A program made the position numbers and the translations under genes. From NCBI GenBank assembly GCA_050633305.1, contig JBOEGF010000018.1, positions 480,001-544,000 on the forward strand: a stretch of 64,000 nucleotides of DNA, in the 5' to 3' direction. This document shows positions 1 to 10,308 of this stretch, piece by piece. Numbering within the stretch: position 1 is the first letter of the stretch; every line of letters starts with the position of its first letter. The notes beneath the pieces were generated by a model. That model was not told the origin of the DNA and made no database searches. It saw only the letters and a program-made list of their open reading frames with translations. Source of the stretch: Nannocystales bacterium. Its GTDB lineage: Bacteria > Myxococcota_A > Polyangia > Nannocystales > Nannocystaceae.

Positions 1-375
1 TACGTCTTCCCAGCCGGTGTTCGGTTGGAGGATGACACGGCGCGCCGTGGCGACAACCTCGGGGCTGGCCAGGAGCAATTCCAGCATCAACGGCCCACCC
101 ATCCCGGCGAGGGCGACGGTGGCGACCTCGCCGGGCCCGAGCGTCGATAGCCCGCTGCCCAACCGAATCTCGACCGCGCTGAGCTTGGCGAGGCGAGTGC
201 GCGCCTGTTGCAAGGGTCCAGGCCGGACGTCCGATGCGATCGCGGAGGGTACGGCGCCACTGCGGACCCAGGCCTCGGCCAGCTGGGCGTGGTCGCATCC
301 CACATCGGCTGCCGGTTGTCCCCGCAACACCAGGTCCGCGACGGCCTGGAGCCGGGCAGAGAGTTTGCCCCTCAT
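1..375 (-). CDS. trmK: tRNA (adenine22-N1)-methyltransferase TrmK-like, 3'-truncated by the window edge
   Basis: Not in the ORF track; hand translation from ATG 375 gives MRGKLSARLQAVADLVLRGQPAADVGCDHAQL...IASDVRPGPL...RLGSGL...VALAGMGGPLM...VILQPN. This matches TrmK motifs (LSxRL, ADxGxDH, AGMGG, LILQP). The ATG overlaps the TGA of the RND gene (ATGA). Confidence 0.85.
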   Translation of the reverse strand, partial: MRGKLSARLQAVADLVLRGQPAADVGCDHAQLAEAWVRSGAVPSAIASDVRPGPLQQARTRLAKLSAVEIRLGSGLSTLGPGEVATVALAGMGGPLMLELLLASPEVVATARRVILQPNTGWEDV

Positions 376-3300
376 GCGGGGGTCGTCTCGGACTCGCCGT
401 CCGTGTCCGCGTTCACGGTGGGCGTGTCTTCGCTGGGGGCGACAGGGGCTTCGGCGGCCGGAGGGGTGTCGGGGCTTTCGCTCTGAGTCTCCGAATCGTC
501 CGCTGGAGGCCGAGCGCGCCATGCATCCCGGACCCGTCCGGGGAAGACGGCGTACGCACAGGGAATGACGACCAGGGTGAGCAGGGTCGACAGTCCGAGC
601 CCGCCGATCACGGCGATCGCGAGCGGCTGCCGGAGGGCTGCGCCGTCGCCGATGCCCAGGGCCATGGGGACGAGCCCCAAGACGGTGCTCGCCGTGGTCA
701 TCAGAATCGGACGCACGCGAACCCGGCCTGCCTCGATGAGCGCCTCGGGCGTGGCCAGCCCGGCCCCACGGCGATCGTTGACCGCGTTGATCAAGACGAT
801 CGCGTTGTTCACCACGATGCCTCCCAGCACGATGACACCGATGCCAACCATGGCGGACAAGGGAGTCGCGGTCGAAAGGCAGGCCAGGACAACCCCTGCG
901 AGGGCCATGGGAACGGTCCCGAGGATCAGCATCGGATGACCGAGACTCTCGAAGCTCGAGGCCATCACGACGTAGACGAGAAATACGGACAGCGCCGCGG
1001 TGAGCAGCAGACTCTCGATCGACTCGGACATCTCATCGGCCTGTCCGGCGAGGGCCGCCGAGACCGAGGGGTCATCATCGGCTGCGTCGAGGACGTGTTG
1101 CACACGGCTGGCCAGGGCGCCCAGATCGACGCTGGTCGTCTGTGCCGAGATTCGAAGGCCGCGCCGCCCGTCGATACGGCGAATCTCCGATGGCCCTCGG
1201 GCGGGCTCAACCTGAGCGACCGAGCTGAGCAGTACGGGGACGTCCCCGGCGATCCCGACCTGAATCTTCGCGACGTCTTCGGCGCTGTTTCGGTCGACGC
1301 GCGGGAACATCACGCGGACATCCAGCTGTTGGTCGGCCGCGTACATCTTGGTGGCGACTTCGCCCTGGATGGCACGCTGCACGGAGCTGGCGGCCGCGTC
1401 GACGGTGAGTCCAAGGCGACCGAGGCGTTCCCGATCGAAGAGCACCCGAACTTCGGGGCGGCCGTCGAGGTCGTCGGGCACGACGTCGACCAAACCCGGG
1501 ACCTCTCGTAGCTCGGGCAAGATCCGGCGGGCATGTGCGACCGACCGGGCCGGCTCTTCGCTGAAGACGAGCAGCTCGATCGGTGGGGCGAAGCTGACGA
1601 GCGAGGGGCGGCCCTGCTGGAGGGTCGCGTCGGGCTCGGGGTTGGCGGCACGAATCCGCTCGATGAGCGCGGCTTCGATGGCGGCGCGCTCCTCCTCCGG
1701 AGCTTCGATGCGAACCGAGAGCTGGCCCAGGTGCGCGCCGGCGGTGCCCCCTGTCGCGCTTCCTGCCGAACTCACGGTGCCGACCCGCGTGAAGCGGCGT
1801 TCGACCGCGGGCAGACCTGCGACCGCATCGCTCATCGTTCGCAACGCGGACGCGGTCCGCTCGAGTGCGGCGTCGCGTGGGAGCGTGACCTGAACGAAGA
1901 ACTCCCCCTGATCGAGCTCGGGCAAGAGCGTGGTGGGGCTGTCCTTGGCCAAGCTGATCGCAAACCCGCAACCGACGGCAGTCCCGACGAGCAGGAGTCC
2001 ACGCGCCCGAAGGAGCAGCCGCATCAGCTTGGGGTACTGGCGCTCGAGGGCCTCGTAGGTCCACGTGAGCGGCCGGGTCACCCTGTCGAGCAACCATCCT
2101 CCGCCACCGACCACCCAACCTACGAGGCGGACGGCCCACGCGATCGGCCAGGTGACGATGATGATCAGGAACGAGCGTGGGGCAGGATCGACCGAGGCCT
2201 CGGGCCCATGCGTATCCGTTCCCAAGCTCTGCAGGACGGGGACGAGCGTCAGGCTCACGGCCATCGACGACACCATGCTGAAGCTGACCGCGAAGCTGAG
2301 GTCGGAGACGAGCTGCCCGGCCACGCCCTGTACGAACGCCATCGGGAAGAACACCGCCACGGTGGTGAGGGTCGAGGCGACGACCGAGTTTGCCACCTCC
2401 GAGGCGCCTTCGACCGTGAGCTGCCGACGTGTGAGTCGGAGTCCGTCGGACTCCGCTTGTTCGCGGCGCCGAGCGATCGCCTCGAGCACCACGATGCTGT
2501 TGTCGACGAGCATGCCGACGCCCAGGGCGAGTCCGCCGAGGCTCATGACATTGAGGCTGACGCCGAGCGCTTGCAGCGGGATGAACGTGGTCAGCAGTGA
2601 GATCGGAATCGCGAGGGCGATCACGACGGTCGAACGGAGGTCCCGCAGGAAGAACAGGAGCACCAAGACGGCGAGGCCACCGCCGATGAGGGTGTTGTCC
2701 CGGACCTCCGAGATCGCCGACTCGACGAACTGCGCCCGGTTGCTCAGCATCACGACCTCGTGGCCCGGAGCGAGTGGAAGCCTCGGGAGCGCGGTGCGGA
2801 TGGCGTCGGAAACCGCGACGATGTTCGCGTCTCCCTCCCGGAACACGGCGAGTTCGATCGCTTCTCGGCCATCGACGAGGGTCAGTTCCTCCCGTTCTTG
2901 GGGGGCGCGGCGGACCTTGGCGATGTCGTGCAGCCGGAGGATGCCGCCGGCCGGGTCGGAGCGGACGATGATCTCGCCGACCTGCGCGGGCGTTCGGGCC
3001 TCGTGGAGCGTACGGACCAAGTAGCGGCTCTGTCGCTCGGTGACGGCGCCGCCGGGTCGGTTGACGTTGTCGGCCTGCAGGGCGGCGACGATCTCGGCGG
3101 TCTCCAGACCGTGCGCGGCGAGCCTGCTGGGGTCGAGCTCGACGAGGACCTCGTCCTCTTGGCCGCCGTGCAACTCGACCGCGGCGACCCCGGGGAGCTT
3201 CTCCAGCTCTCGCTTCACGTATCGGTCGGCCGAGTCGCGCAAGGTCGCGAGGTCGGCATCGGTCAGGTCGGCACCGCCTCCCTTGTCTCGCAACGCCAGT

Positions 3301-3725
3301 CGTACGATCGGCTCCTGGGCGGGGTCGTACCGCAGCACGAGCGGCCGGTCGGCTCCTTGGGGCAGCCGTACTCGGTCCAGCTTCTCGCGAACCTCGGCCA
3401 TCGCATGGTCGACGGCGGTCCCCCAAGCGAAGTCGAGCACCACTTCGGAGACGCCCTCGCGGGACGCAGACTCCACTCGCACAACGCCAGGCACCGCCCC
3501 AACACGTTCCTCGACCGGCCGCGTGATGAGCTCCTCGACCTCGACCGGGGCCGCGTCAGGGAACTCGGTCTGGACCGTGATGGTCGGGTACGAAAGGTCG
3601 GGGAGGAGCTCGATGGGCAGCCGCGTGAGCGCGACCCAGCCAAACAACAGCAAGGCCACGGTCACCATCGATGTGGTGACGGGACGAAGGACGGCGCCTG
3701 CGATCAGCCGGTGCATCAGGTCCAA
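372..3725 (-). CDS. RND efflux transporter permease (AcrB/AcrD/AcrF family)
   Basis: 1117 aa with two large periplasmic loops; TM motifs GMLVDNSIVV, GIVVNNAIVL and RVRPILMT. Start may be ATG 3716. Confidence 0.93.
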   Translation of the reverse strand: MDLMHRLIAGAVLRPVTTSMVTVALLLFGWVALTRLPIELLPDLSYPTITVQTEFPDAAPVEVEELITRPVEERVGAVPGVVRVESASREGVSEVVLDFAWGTAVDHAMAEVREKLDRVRLPQGADRPLVLRYDPAQEPIVRLALRDKGGGADLTDADLATLRDSADRYVKRELEKLPGVAAVELHGGQEDEVLVELDPSRLAAHGLETAEIVAALQADNVNRPGGAVTERQSRYLVRTLHEARTPAQVGEIIVRSDPAGGILRLHDIAKVRRAPQEREELTLVDGREAIELAVFREGDANIVAVSDAIRTALPRLPLAPGHEVVMLSNRAQFVESAISEVRDNTLIGGGLAVLVLLFFLRDLRSTVVIALAIPISLLTTFIPLQALGVSLNVMSLGGLALGVGMLVDNSIVVLEAIARRREQAESDGLRLTRRQLTVEGASEVANSVVASTLTTVAVFFPMAFVQGVAGQLVSDLSFAVSFSMVSSMAVSLTLVPVLQSLGTDTHGPEASVDPAPRSFLIIIVTWPIAWAVRLVGWVVGGGGWLLDRVTRPLTWTYEALERQYPKLMRLLLRARGLLLVGTAVGCGFAISLAKDSPTTLLPELDQGEFFVQVTLPRDAALERTASALRTMSDAVAGLPAVERRFTRVGTVSSAGSATGGTAGAHLGQLSVRIEAPEEERAAIEAALIERIRAANPEPDATLQQGRPSLVSFAPPIELLVFSEEPARSVAHARRILPELREVPGLVDVVPDDLDGRPEVRVLFDRERLGRLGLTVDAAASSVQRAIQGEVATKMYAADQQLDVRVMFPRVDRNSAEDVAKIQVGIAGDVPVLLSSVAQVEPARGPSEIRRIDGRRGLRISAQTTSVDLGALASRVQHVLDAADDDPSVSAALAGQADEMSESIESLLLTAALSVFLVYVVMASSFESLGHPMLILGTVPMALAGVVLACLSTATPLSAMVGIGVIVLGGIVVNNAIVLINAVNDRRGAGLATPEALIEAGRVRVRPILMTTASTVLGLVPMALGIGDGAALRQPLAIAVIGGLGLSTLLTLVVIPCAYAVFPGRVRDAWRARPPADDSETQSESPDTPPAAEAPVAPSEDTPTVNADTDGESETTPA

Positions 3726-3763
3726 TAGTCGGCGGGGGGTCGGCAGGGGGCGGTGAAAGACGG

Positions 3764-4864
3764 CTAGCCGACGGGTTCGGCGGCGCTGGTCTCGGCGGCA
3801 GTCCGAGGCTTGTCGTTGGCCGACTTCAGCGGCATGCCCTCGGTGATGCCGGCACCGCCGCCAGCCACCACGGTGTCGGCCGGCGCGAGTCCCGAGACGA
3901 TTTCAACGCGGCTGTCGCCTTCGAGCCCGGTGATCACTTCGGTCCGTTTTGCCCGACCGTCGGCGACAATATAGACGTGCGGGGCCCCATCGACCTCGAA
4001 CACGGCCGTACGCGGGAGGGACGGGGCGTCGGGTCGAGCGGAGACCAAAACCTTGGCGCGAGCGAAGGCGCCGGGCTTGGCCGCCGCGGGGAAGGTCTCG
4101 GCTCTCACGGTGAACTTCACCGTGCCGGTCATCGGATCGACGACCGGTGCCCGTCGGGCGATCTTCGCGGTGGCGGTGCTGTCGTCGACGAGCTGGATCT
4201 CGACGGTCGCTTCGTCGGCGACGGACGCCGCGTCCTTCTCGGGCACATACAGCTCGAGCTCCAGCGCCGCGAGGTCCGCGATCTTGAACAACGCCGTGGA
4301 GGTGGTGGCCAGGTTCCCCTCGTCGACGTGTCGGTTGACAATGGTGCCGTCGAAGGGGGCACGGACCCACGTCTGCTTCGCCTGAAACTTGCTGAGCTTC
4401 AGCGCAGCCTCGGCCTCCTCGACCGCGTAGCGTTGCTTGTCGATCTCCTCGCGAGAGATGACGCCACCTTGGGCCTGCTCCAGTCGCTTGAGCTCGCTGC
4501 GCAGGTTCTGCAGCTGAACTTTGGACGAGCTGGACTGCAAGGTGAGTTCCCGGCCGTCGAGCTTGAGTAGCGCGTCGCCTTTCTTGACGACATCACCCTC
4601 CTCGACGGCGATCGATTGGATGATGCCGAGCTGGAGCGCGTAGAGGTCGGCCTCGCGAAGGGCTTGCAGGGACCCGGAGGTCTCGTAGTACCGCTCGATC
4701 GTCGCGGGTTCGAGGGTCGTCGTTTCGACCAGGAGGGCCTCTCGAGCCTCGGGCTTTCGTCCGGCCGAACCGCCACCGTGTCCTGGCGGGCCTTTTCCAC
4801 CGCCGGCGTCACAGGCGAGGCCGAGCCAAGCCGCGGCAAAGAGGATGGTGAGCCGTGCGTGCAT
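3764..4864 (-). CDS. RND periplasmic adaptor (membrane fusion protein), lipoprotein
   Basis: Start MHARLTILFAAAWLGLAC (lipobox); lipoyl-like VEEGDVVKKGD, coiled hairpin, VRAPFDG; upstream of the RND permease. Confidence 0.9.
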   Translation of the reverse strand: MHARLTILFAAAWLGLACDAGGGKGPPGHGGGSAGRKPEAREALLVETTTLEPATIERYYETSGSLQALREADLYALQLGIIQSIAVEEGDVVKKGDALLKLDGRELTLQSSSSKVQLQNLRSELKRLEQAQGGVISREEIDKQRYAVEEAEAALKLSKFQAKQTWVRAPFDGTIVNRHVDEGNLATTSTALFKIADLAALELELYVPEKDAASVADEATVEIQLVDDSTATAKIARRAPVVDPMTGTVKFTVRAETFPAAAKPGAFARAKVLVSARPDAPSLPRTAVFEVDGAPHVYIVADGRAKRTEVITGLEGDSRVEIVSGLAPADTVVAGGGAGITEGMPLKSANDKPRTAAETSAAEPVG

Positions 4865-4918
4865 GGAAACCGTGGCAACCCGGGGTCGCGTAGCGGGTTT
4901 TATGCCATGATCCCTTTC

Positions 4919-5209
4919 ATGAGCGACCGGAAAGCCGCTCCGGACCGGGATCTTCTGCTCCAGAACCATGCGTTCCCTGGGCAGTACGTCATCAAAGCCT
5001 TTGGTCCGGCGGAGTCCAGCTTCGAAGCGGACGCAAAACGCTGCGCGACGGGCGTCGTTGGCGAGGACCGTGTCGCAGCGCACACAAAGTTTTCGAGTGG
5101 CGGACGTCGAAGCTGCGTCACCCTCACGTTGCAGGCCCAGACCGTCGACGAGGTCATCTCGACCTACGAGCGTCTACACGACCTCGACAGCCTGCTTCTT
5201 ATCTTGTGA
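4919..5209 (+). CDS. DUF493/YbeD-like small protein
   Basis: 96 aa: FPGQYVIKAFG...SSGGRRSCVTL...EVISTYERL, the YbeD pattern (FPxxyxxKxxG, SSxGxY, iYxxL). Confidence 0.75.
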   Translation: MSDRKAAPDRDLLLQNHAFPGQYVIKAFGPAESSFEADAKRCATGVVGEDRVAAHTKFSSGGRRSCVTLTLQAQTVDEVISTYERLHDLDSLLLIL

Positions 5210-5245
5210 CGAGCGTCACCAAGACCCCCAACCACGCCTGTTCCA

Positions 5246-5887
5246 ATGCTCGCACCGATGCAACGAATGACTCCCTCTTCCTCTTCCAAAGCGCTCGCGC
5301 TGGCCGCCTTTGCGCTCTCGCTCGCGACGGTTTCCGGTTGCCAACCCAAAGCTGTTCGCGGCGGTGAGGGCACGGACAACCCTGGCCTCGACAACGCCGC
5401 GATGTCCACGGGCCTCGACCGGGTCGACCTCGAGGACCTGATGAGGAAGAACATGGCCGAGCTGAGCAGCTCGCCGATCTGGCAGAACTGGAAGGGGGCG
5501 CAGAGCCCACCCGTCGTGGCGATCTGGCCGATCAAGAACGACACTTCCGAGCACCTCGACGACCAGATGCTGACCCTGCTCTCCGACATGGAGACCGAAC
5601 TCATCAACAGCGGCGTGGTCGCCGTCGTCAGCCGGGAGCGGCAACAGGAGCTGATGGCCGAGGCCAACATGCAGCAAGGGGCGGATTTCAACCCCGCGAT
5701 GGCTGCGCAGATCGGTCGGCAGATCGGCGCTCAGTACTTCCTCACCGGGAAGCTCCAGGCCGTGGACGAACGCAAAAAGGGCGAGCGCCGGGTCCAGTAC
5801 AGCCTCTTCATGCAGGTGCTCGAGGTCGAGAACAGTCTGATCCGCTTTCAGACCAAGTCCGAACGCACCAAAGCGATCGTTCGGTAA
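5246..5887 (+). CDS. LpoB-like / CsgG-fold lipoprotein (penicillin-binding protein activator family)
   Basis: Lipobox VSGC; IKNDTSEHLD, IGRQIGAQYFLTG and YSLFMQVLEVE resemble the LpoB family. Confidence 0.75.
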   Translation: MLAPMQRMTPSSSSKALALAAFALSLATVSGCQPKAVRGGEGTDNPGLDNAAMSTGLDRVDLEDLMRKNMAELSSSPIWQNWKGAQSPPVVAIWPIKNDTSEHLDDQMLTLLSDMETELINSGVVAVVSRERQQELMAEANMQQGADFNPAMAAQIGRQIGAQYFLTGKLQAVDERKKGERRVQYSLFMQVLEVENSLIRFQTKSERTKAIVR

Positions 5888-5905
5888 CGCTCCTAAGCGT
5901 CGACC

Positions 5906-7459
5906 ATGATTGTGTTGCCCCAAGCTGGCTCCGCTCGCAGAGCCCAGCGTTTGTTGCAGCGGGCGTTCGCCTGCGCTGCGCTGGTCTGTGTTTCCTGCGC
6001 CACCTACTCGGAGCGGACCGATGATGCCCGCGGCGCGCTTCGGCGAGGTGACTACGCCGGCAGTCTCGCGTTGTGGAACAAGGTCCTCAAGGTTCGCAAC
6101 GCCCAGGACATCCCGAACAAGCTCAAGAAAAACCAAGAGCTGGTCATTCTCGAGCGCGCGACCGTGCTGCAGGCGATGGGGGACTGGGAGACCAGCGCCA
6201 CCAACTTCGAGTTCGCCGACAAGGAACTCGAATTCCTGGATATCTCCCGGGACACGGCCGGCAAGATCGGCAAGTACATCTACAGCGACAGTGCGACGAA
6301 GTTCAAGACGTCGCCGACCGAGAAGCTGGCGCTCAACGCGATGAACCTGGTCAACTACCTGGTGCGCGGGGACCTCTCGGGCGCCAAGGTCGAGGCCAAG
6401 CGCTTCACCGTCATGCGGGACTACCTGCGGGATGTCGACCCCGAGGGAGAGCATGGCGCGTTCGGGTCCTACCTCGCGGGATATGTCCATGAAAGACAGG
6501 GCAACTACAACGAGGCGTTGCGGTACTACGATGAGGCGCTCACCGAGCGTGACTTCCGTACCCTGCGCGACGTGATCCCCGAGTTGGCCGCGAAGGGCAG
6601 CTACCGGGGGGAGCGCATCAAGGACTACTTGCCGCAGACCACCCCCGCACCCGTCTCGCGGCCTCCCGCGCCCAAGCCGGCACCGCAGCCCAAGCCTGCG
6701 CAAGACCCTTCGATCCAGCGGCCCGCTGCTGCGAAGCCTCCTGCTGCGGAGACGGCGGAGACCGCGCCTTCTCCGGCTTCGCCCGAGCTGGGTGCCTTGC
6801 CTCCACGATCTGGTTGGGCCGCAGCAAACGTCGCGCCGGCCGGAGGGGAGCTCCTCGTGGTGGCCAAGATCGGGCGCGTGCCTTATCGCATTCCCGAGCG
6901 GATCCCGATCGGGCTGGCGATCGGTCTCGCTGGAGCTTTTGTCACAGGTGACACCACGCTGCTGGAGTACGGGATGTTCAAGTTCGTCGTGTACCCAGAG
7001 TTGGTCCCGGCGGAGAACCTCTTCGAGACCGCGAACGTGGAGGTCGACGGCCACCCCGTGCCGATCGACCTCGCTTCGGACCTCGGCAGCGAGATCGTGG
7101 CCGAGTTCGAGGAACTCAAGCCCAAGATCATCGGCGCAGCGCTCACGCGCATGATCGCGCGGGCGGCTGCTGCGGAAGGGGCCCGCGCCGCCGGAAATCA
7201 GGCGGATGGGGCGGGCGGCTTGGTCGGTTTTCTGGCTGCAGCGGCGCTCGAGGGCACCCTCGTCGCGCTCGACAAGCCCGACACCCGGTCATGGACGACC
7301 CTGCCGGACCGGGTCTACGTCGCACGATCGCGCGTTCCTGCGGGTGCACACACCGTCGTCGTCGAGGCCGCCGGGCCTGGTGGACGCGAAACCCGGACGT
7401 TTGACGTGACGGTCCCCCAAGGGGGCTTCGTCGTGCTCGACGTCACCACCCTGCGATGA
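5906..7459 (+). CDS. COG3014-like TPR lipoprotein with Pro/Ala-rich insert
   Basis: Lipobox VSCA, helical repeats, C-terminal KPDTRSWTTLP motif typical of the family found beside lpoB-like genes. Confidence 0.65.
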   Translation: MIVLPQAGSARRAQRLLQRAFACAALVCVSCATYSERTDDARGALRRGDYAGSLALWNKVLKVRNAQDIPNKLKKNQELVILERATVLQAMGDWETSATNFEFADKELEFLDISRDTAGKIGKYIYSDSATKFKTSPTEKLALNAMNLVNYLVRGDLSGAKVEAKRFTVMRDYLRDVDPEGEHGAFGSYLAGYVHERQGNYNEALRYYDEALTERDFRTLRDVIPELAAKGSYRGERIKDYLPQTTPAPVSRPPAPKPAPQPKPAQDPSIQRPAAAKPPAAETAETAPSPASPELGALPPRSGWAAANVAPAGGELLVVAKIGRVPYRIPERIPIGLAIGLAGAFVTGDTTLLEYGMFKFVVYPELVPAENLFETANVEVDGHPVPIDLASDLGSEIVAEFEELKPKIIGAALTRMIARAAAAEGARAAGNQADGAGGLVGFLAAAALEGTLVALDKPDTRSWTTLPDRVYVARSRVPAGAHTVVVEAAGPGGRETRTFDVTVPQGGFVVLDVTTLR

Positions 7460-7469
7460 GTCCCGTGTC

Positions 7470-8099
7470 ATGGTGGAGGTTATGGCGAGTTCGATGACCC
7501 GACGACGCACTCGAGGTGGTTCTTCGGTGCTGATGGCCGCCCTGCCGTTGGTGGCGGGTCTGCTCGGAGTGTTCGCGGGTCCCACCGAGGCGTCCGCCGC
7601 GGTCCGGGGCAAGCAGGGCATCGAGATCGAGGGCGCTCAAGATCGCCGCGGCTTCTATGTTGGCGGCGGTCTTGGATTCGGCGGGACGTTCTTCTACGTG
7701 GACGATTTCATCCCCGCGACGCGGATGGAGCTCGACTTCGGGGGCGGCGTGACCAAGAACTTCACGTTGGGCGCCTCGCTCAATGTGATGCCGTACCTTC
7801 AGCGGGACGCTGGTGTTGCCTTCGGTGGGGACGTCGAGGGCACGGGGTACATGTGGCGTGGCCTGTACGCCCGCGGCGGCCTCGGGTTCGCCGGCGTGCC
7901 TCGGACCGACGAAGCATCGGGCGACTCGCGGCGTGGGCTGCAGGTTGGGTTGGGCGGCAAGGCGGAAGCCGGCTACGAGTTCTGGTTGAATGCGACCGCG
8001 GCTATGGGCGTGGGCATCACCTACGATGCGCGCTTCGTCCCCGGCACCCAGTTTCCACGCCAGACCCTGCTCATCGGGCTGCGGTTCACACGATTCTAA
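7470..8099 (+). CDS. Outer-membrane beta-barrel protein
   Basis: Signal peptide, alternating Gly/aromatic beta-strands (RRGFYVGGGLGFGG, AGYEFW), C-terminal Phe. Confidence 0.6.
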   Translation: MVEVMASSMTRRRTRGGSSVLMAALPLVAGLLGVFAGPTEASAAVRGKQGIEIEGAQDRRGFYVGGGLGFGGTFFYVDDFIPATRMELDFGGGVTKNFTLGASLNVMPYLQRDAGVAFGGDVEGTGYMWRGLYARGGLGFAGVPRTDEASGDSRRGLQVGLGGKAEAGYEFWLNATAAMGVGITYDARFVPGTQFPRQTLLIGLRFTRF

Positions 8100-8247
8100 G
8101 ACACGCGGTGCTCCGGCGAGACGGTTCCGGACCGCTCGGCGCGGCCCGACGCGGTGACCTCGAATAGGCGTCCGACTCGAACGCGTCCTCAACGACCGCG
8201 ACCTCCAGCTCGTGTTCGGCCGCGACGCGTTGGACTGAGAGTCAGAG

Positions 8248-9195
8248 CTAGCGGCAGAGCTGGCGGATTGAGCCGTCGGACTGGAAACTCTCGTAGCAGG
8301 GTCGGTCGTCGTCGGGGTGGGCGAAGGCGTAGCAACACTCGAGCTCGTCGCCGCCCGTCTCGCCTGCCGAGTCCCCGGGGGTTGAGCCCGGGCACGCGGC
8401 GTTGCGGCGCAGGCAGCAGCCGTCGTCGATCTTCACGAAGCTTCGGCAGTCCTCGCCGCAGGTTACGTTGGGACGTTCGGTCTCCGGGCTGTCGCACAGG
8501 GGTCCGAACTCGGAGTCGAGACGGACCGGATCGAAGCGCTCCTCGTCGCACCACTCCGCTGAGCTGCTCAGGCCCTCTTGCACCGGGATGCGGTCGTCTT
8601 GGACCGCATCTCCACAAAAGCCGCACCCGGAACGTTCGAAGCGGCAGTCCGGGCGGCACAACGAGGTCTCGCCGGAGGTGAAGGGCTTCGTCGGCGAGGC
8701 CAGCGGAGGGATCTCTTCGGGGGTTCCGAGGTTGGCGCCCGCACAGGGACGTGCTGTGCCGAGGTCTCCCTGGTTGCCTGGATCGCACTCCTCGCCCTCG
8801 TCGACTGTGCCGTTCCCGCACGCGTCGCACTCGGAGAAGTCGAGCAAGCAGTTGTCGGCGCACTGGAGTCCTGGGCTCCCGCCAGGACACACGCGACCGT
8901 TGAGGCTGTCCCCGTCGCACTCCTCGCCGCGGTCAATGTCGACCAAGCCATCGCCGCAAACGGAGCACTGGGTCGGGTCGTTGATGATCTGGCAGCTGTT
9001 GGGGTCGCAGTCGGCTCGGCCCTGCACACCCGGGCACGCACCTTCGAAGCTCGAGGGAACTTCGGGGTCGCACTCCTCACCGGCCCGGATGTCGACAAAG
9101 CCATCGCCACACGCGATCTCGTTGTCGAGCCGGAGGAGACATCCGGGGCTGGCACCCACGAGAAGTGCCGCCCCCAGTGCGAGCGTTCGCCGCAT
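8248..9195 (-). CDS. Cys-rich repeat lipoprotein (myxobacterial CGDG/CGNG repeats)
   Basis: Start MRRTLALGAALLVGASPGC; repeated CGDG..D..GEECD units. Confidence 0.8.
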   Translation of the reverse strand: MRRTLALGAALLVGASPGCLLRLDNEIACGDGFVDIRAGEECDPEVPSSFEGACPGVQGRADCDPNSCQIINDPTQCSVCGDGLVDIDRGEECDGDSLNGRVCPGGSPGLQCADNCLLDFSECDACGNGTVDEGEECDPGNQGDLGTARPCAGANLGTPEEIPPLASPTKPFTSGETSLCRPDCRFERSGCGFCGDAVQDDRIPVQEGLSSSAEWCDEERFDPVRLDSEFGPLCDSPETERPNVTCGEDCRSFVKIDDGCCLRRNAACPGSTPGDSAGETGGDELECCYAFAHPDDDRPCYESFQSDGSIRQLCR

Positions 9196-9285
9196 GCGGG
9201 GATAGTAGCTTGCCTCGGTCCCTGCCCAAACCGCCGCAATCTCGACTCGGCCGACCGACTGCCACGGGGGTATAGTCCCGCTCCA

Positions 9286-10308
9286 ATGGTGCTCCAGAAC
9301 CCCGCGTTCCTGCAGGCGTGCCGCGGCGAGACCCCCGCCCACACGCCCCTTTGGCTCATGCGGCAGGCGGGTCGGTACTTGCCCGAGTATCGGGAGATTC
9401 GTTCGAAGGTTTCGTTTTTGGAGTTGTGCCGGACGCCCGAGCTTTGCGCCGAGGTCACGCTTCAGCCGATCGATCGCTTCGGGTTCGACGCCGCGATCCT
9501 GTTCTCCGACATCCTCACGGTGTTCGACGCGATGGGCGTCAAGGTCGAGTTCTCGCCGGCGCCGACGGTGGCGGATCCGATCCGGACCGTGGCCGACGTC
9601 AACCGGTTGCAGTTCCGTCCCGCGGCCGAGGGGTTGGGCTACGTGTTCGACGCGGTCAAGGCTTGCAAGGCCGCGCTGGCGGACCGGGTCCCGCTGATTG
9701 GATTCTGCGGTGCGCCGATGACGACGGCCTCGTACATGATCGAAGGCGCGGGCAGCAAAGACTTCGTGCACACCAAGTCGATGGCGTTCACGGAGCCGGC
9801 CGTGTTCGGCGGGATGCTCGAGAACATCACCACGCTGCTGATCGACTACCTTCGGGGCCAAGTCGACGCGGGAGCCGATGCCCTGCAGATCTTCGAGAGC
9901 TGGGGGGCGGCGTTCTCGGTCGAGGACTACCGTCTGCATGTGCTTCCCCACGTTCAACGTCTCGTCTCCGAGGTGAAAGCGTTCGGGGTCCCGGTAATCT
10001 TGTTCCTACGCGGCAACTCGGGGCTGATGTCACTCGCCTCCGAGGCCGGGGCGGATGTCATCGGGATTGGCTGGGACCGTTCGCTCTCCGACGCGCTGGA
10101 TGTGGTGGGGCGAGACAAGGTCGTGCAGGGCAACCTCGACCCAATTGCCTTGTTCGCGCCCGAAGACGAGATCACACGGCGCGCCAAGTCGATCGTCGAG
10201 GCGGGTCGAACCGCTCGTGGTCACATCTTCAACCTGGGCCATGGCATCTCGCGGCTCACCGACCCCGCCAAGGTCAAGCATCTCGTCGACGTGGTGCATT
10301 CGGCATGA
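9286..10308 (+). CDS. hemE: Uroporphyrinogen decarboxylase
   Basis: PLWLMRQAGRYLPEY, AILFSDIL, LIGFCGAP, QIFESW, VQGNLDP, HIFNLGHG. Confidence 0.97.
   Translation: MVLQNPAFLQACRGETPAHTPLWLMRQAGRYLPEYREIRSKVSFLELCRTPELCAEVTLQPIDRFGFDAAILFSDILTVFDAMGVKVEFSPAPTVADPIRTVADVNRLQFRPAAEGLGYVFDAVKACKAALADRVPLIGFCGAPMTTASYMIEGAGSKDFVHTKSMAFTEPAVFGGMLENITTLLIDYLRGQVDAGADALQIFESWGAAFSVEDYRLHVLPHVQRLVSEVKAFGVPVILFLRGNSGLMSLASEAGADVIGIGWDRSLSDALDVVGRDKVVQGNLDPIALFAPEDEITRRAKSIVEAGRTARGHIFNLGHGISRLTDPAKVKHLVDVVHSA

Noticed and set aside
234..3426. Long alternative-frame and antisense ORFs (e.g. 1207-3426, 25431-27416, 36677-38227, and the 998-aa extension of rtcB to 51273)
   Set aside because: Shadow ORFs typical of high-GC DNA; Arg/Pro-rich, motif-free and overlapping well-supported genes.
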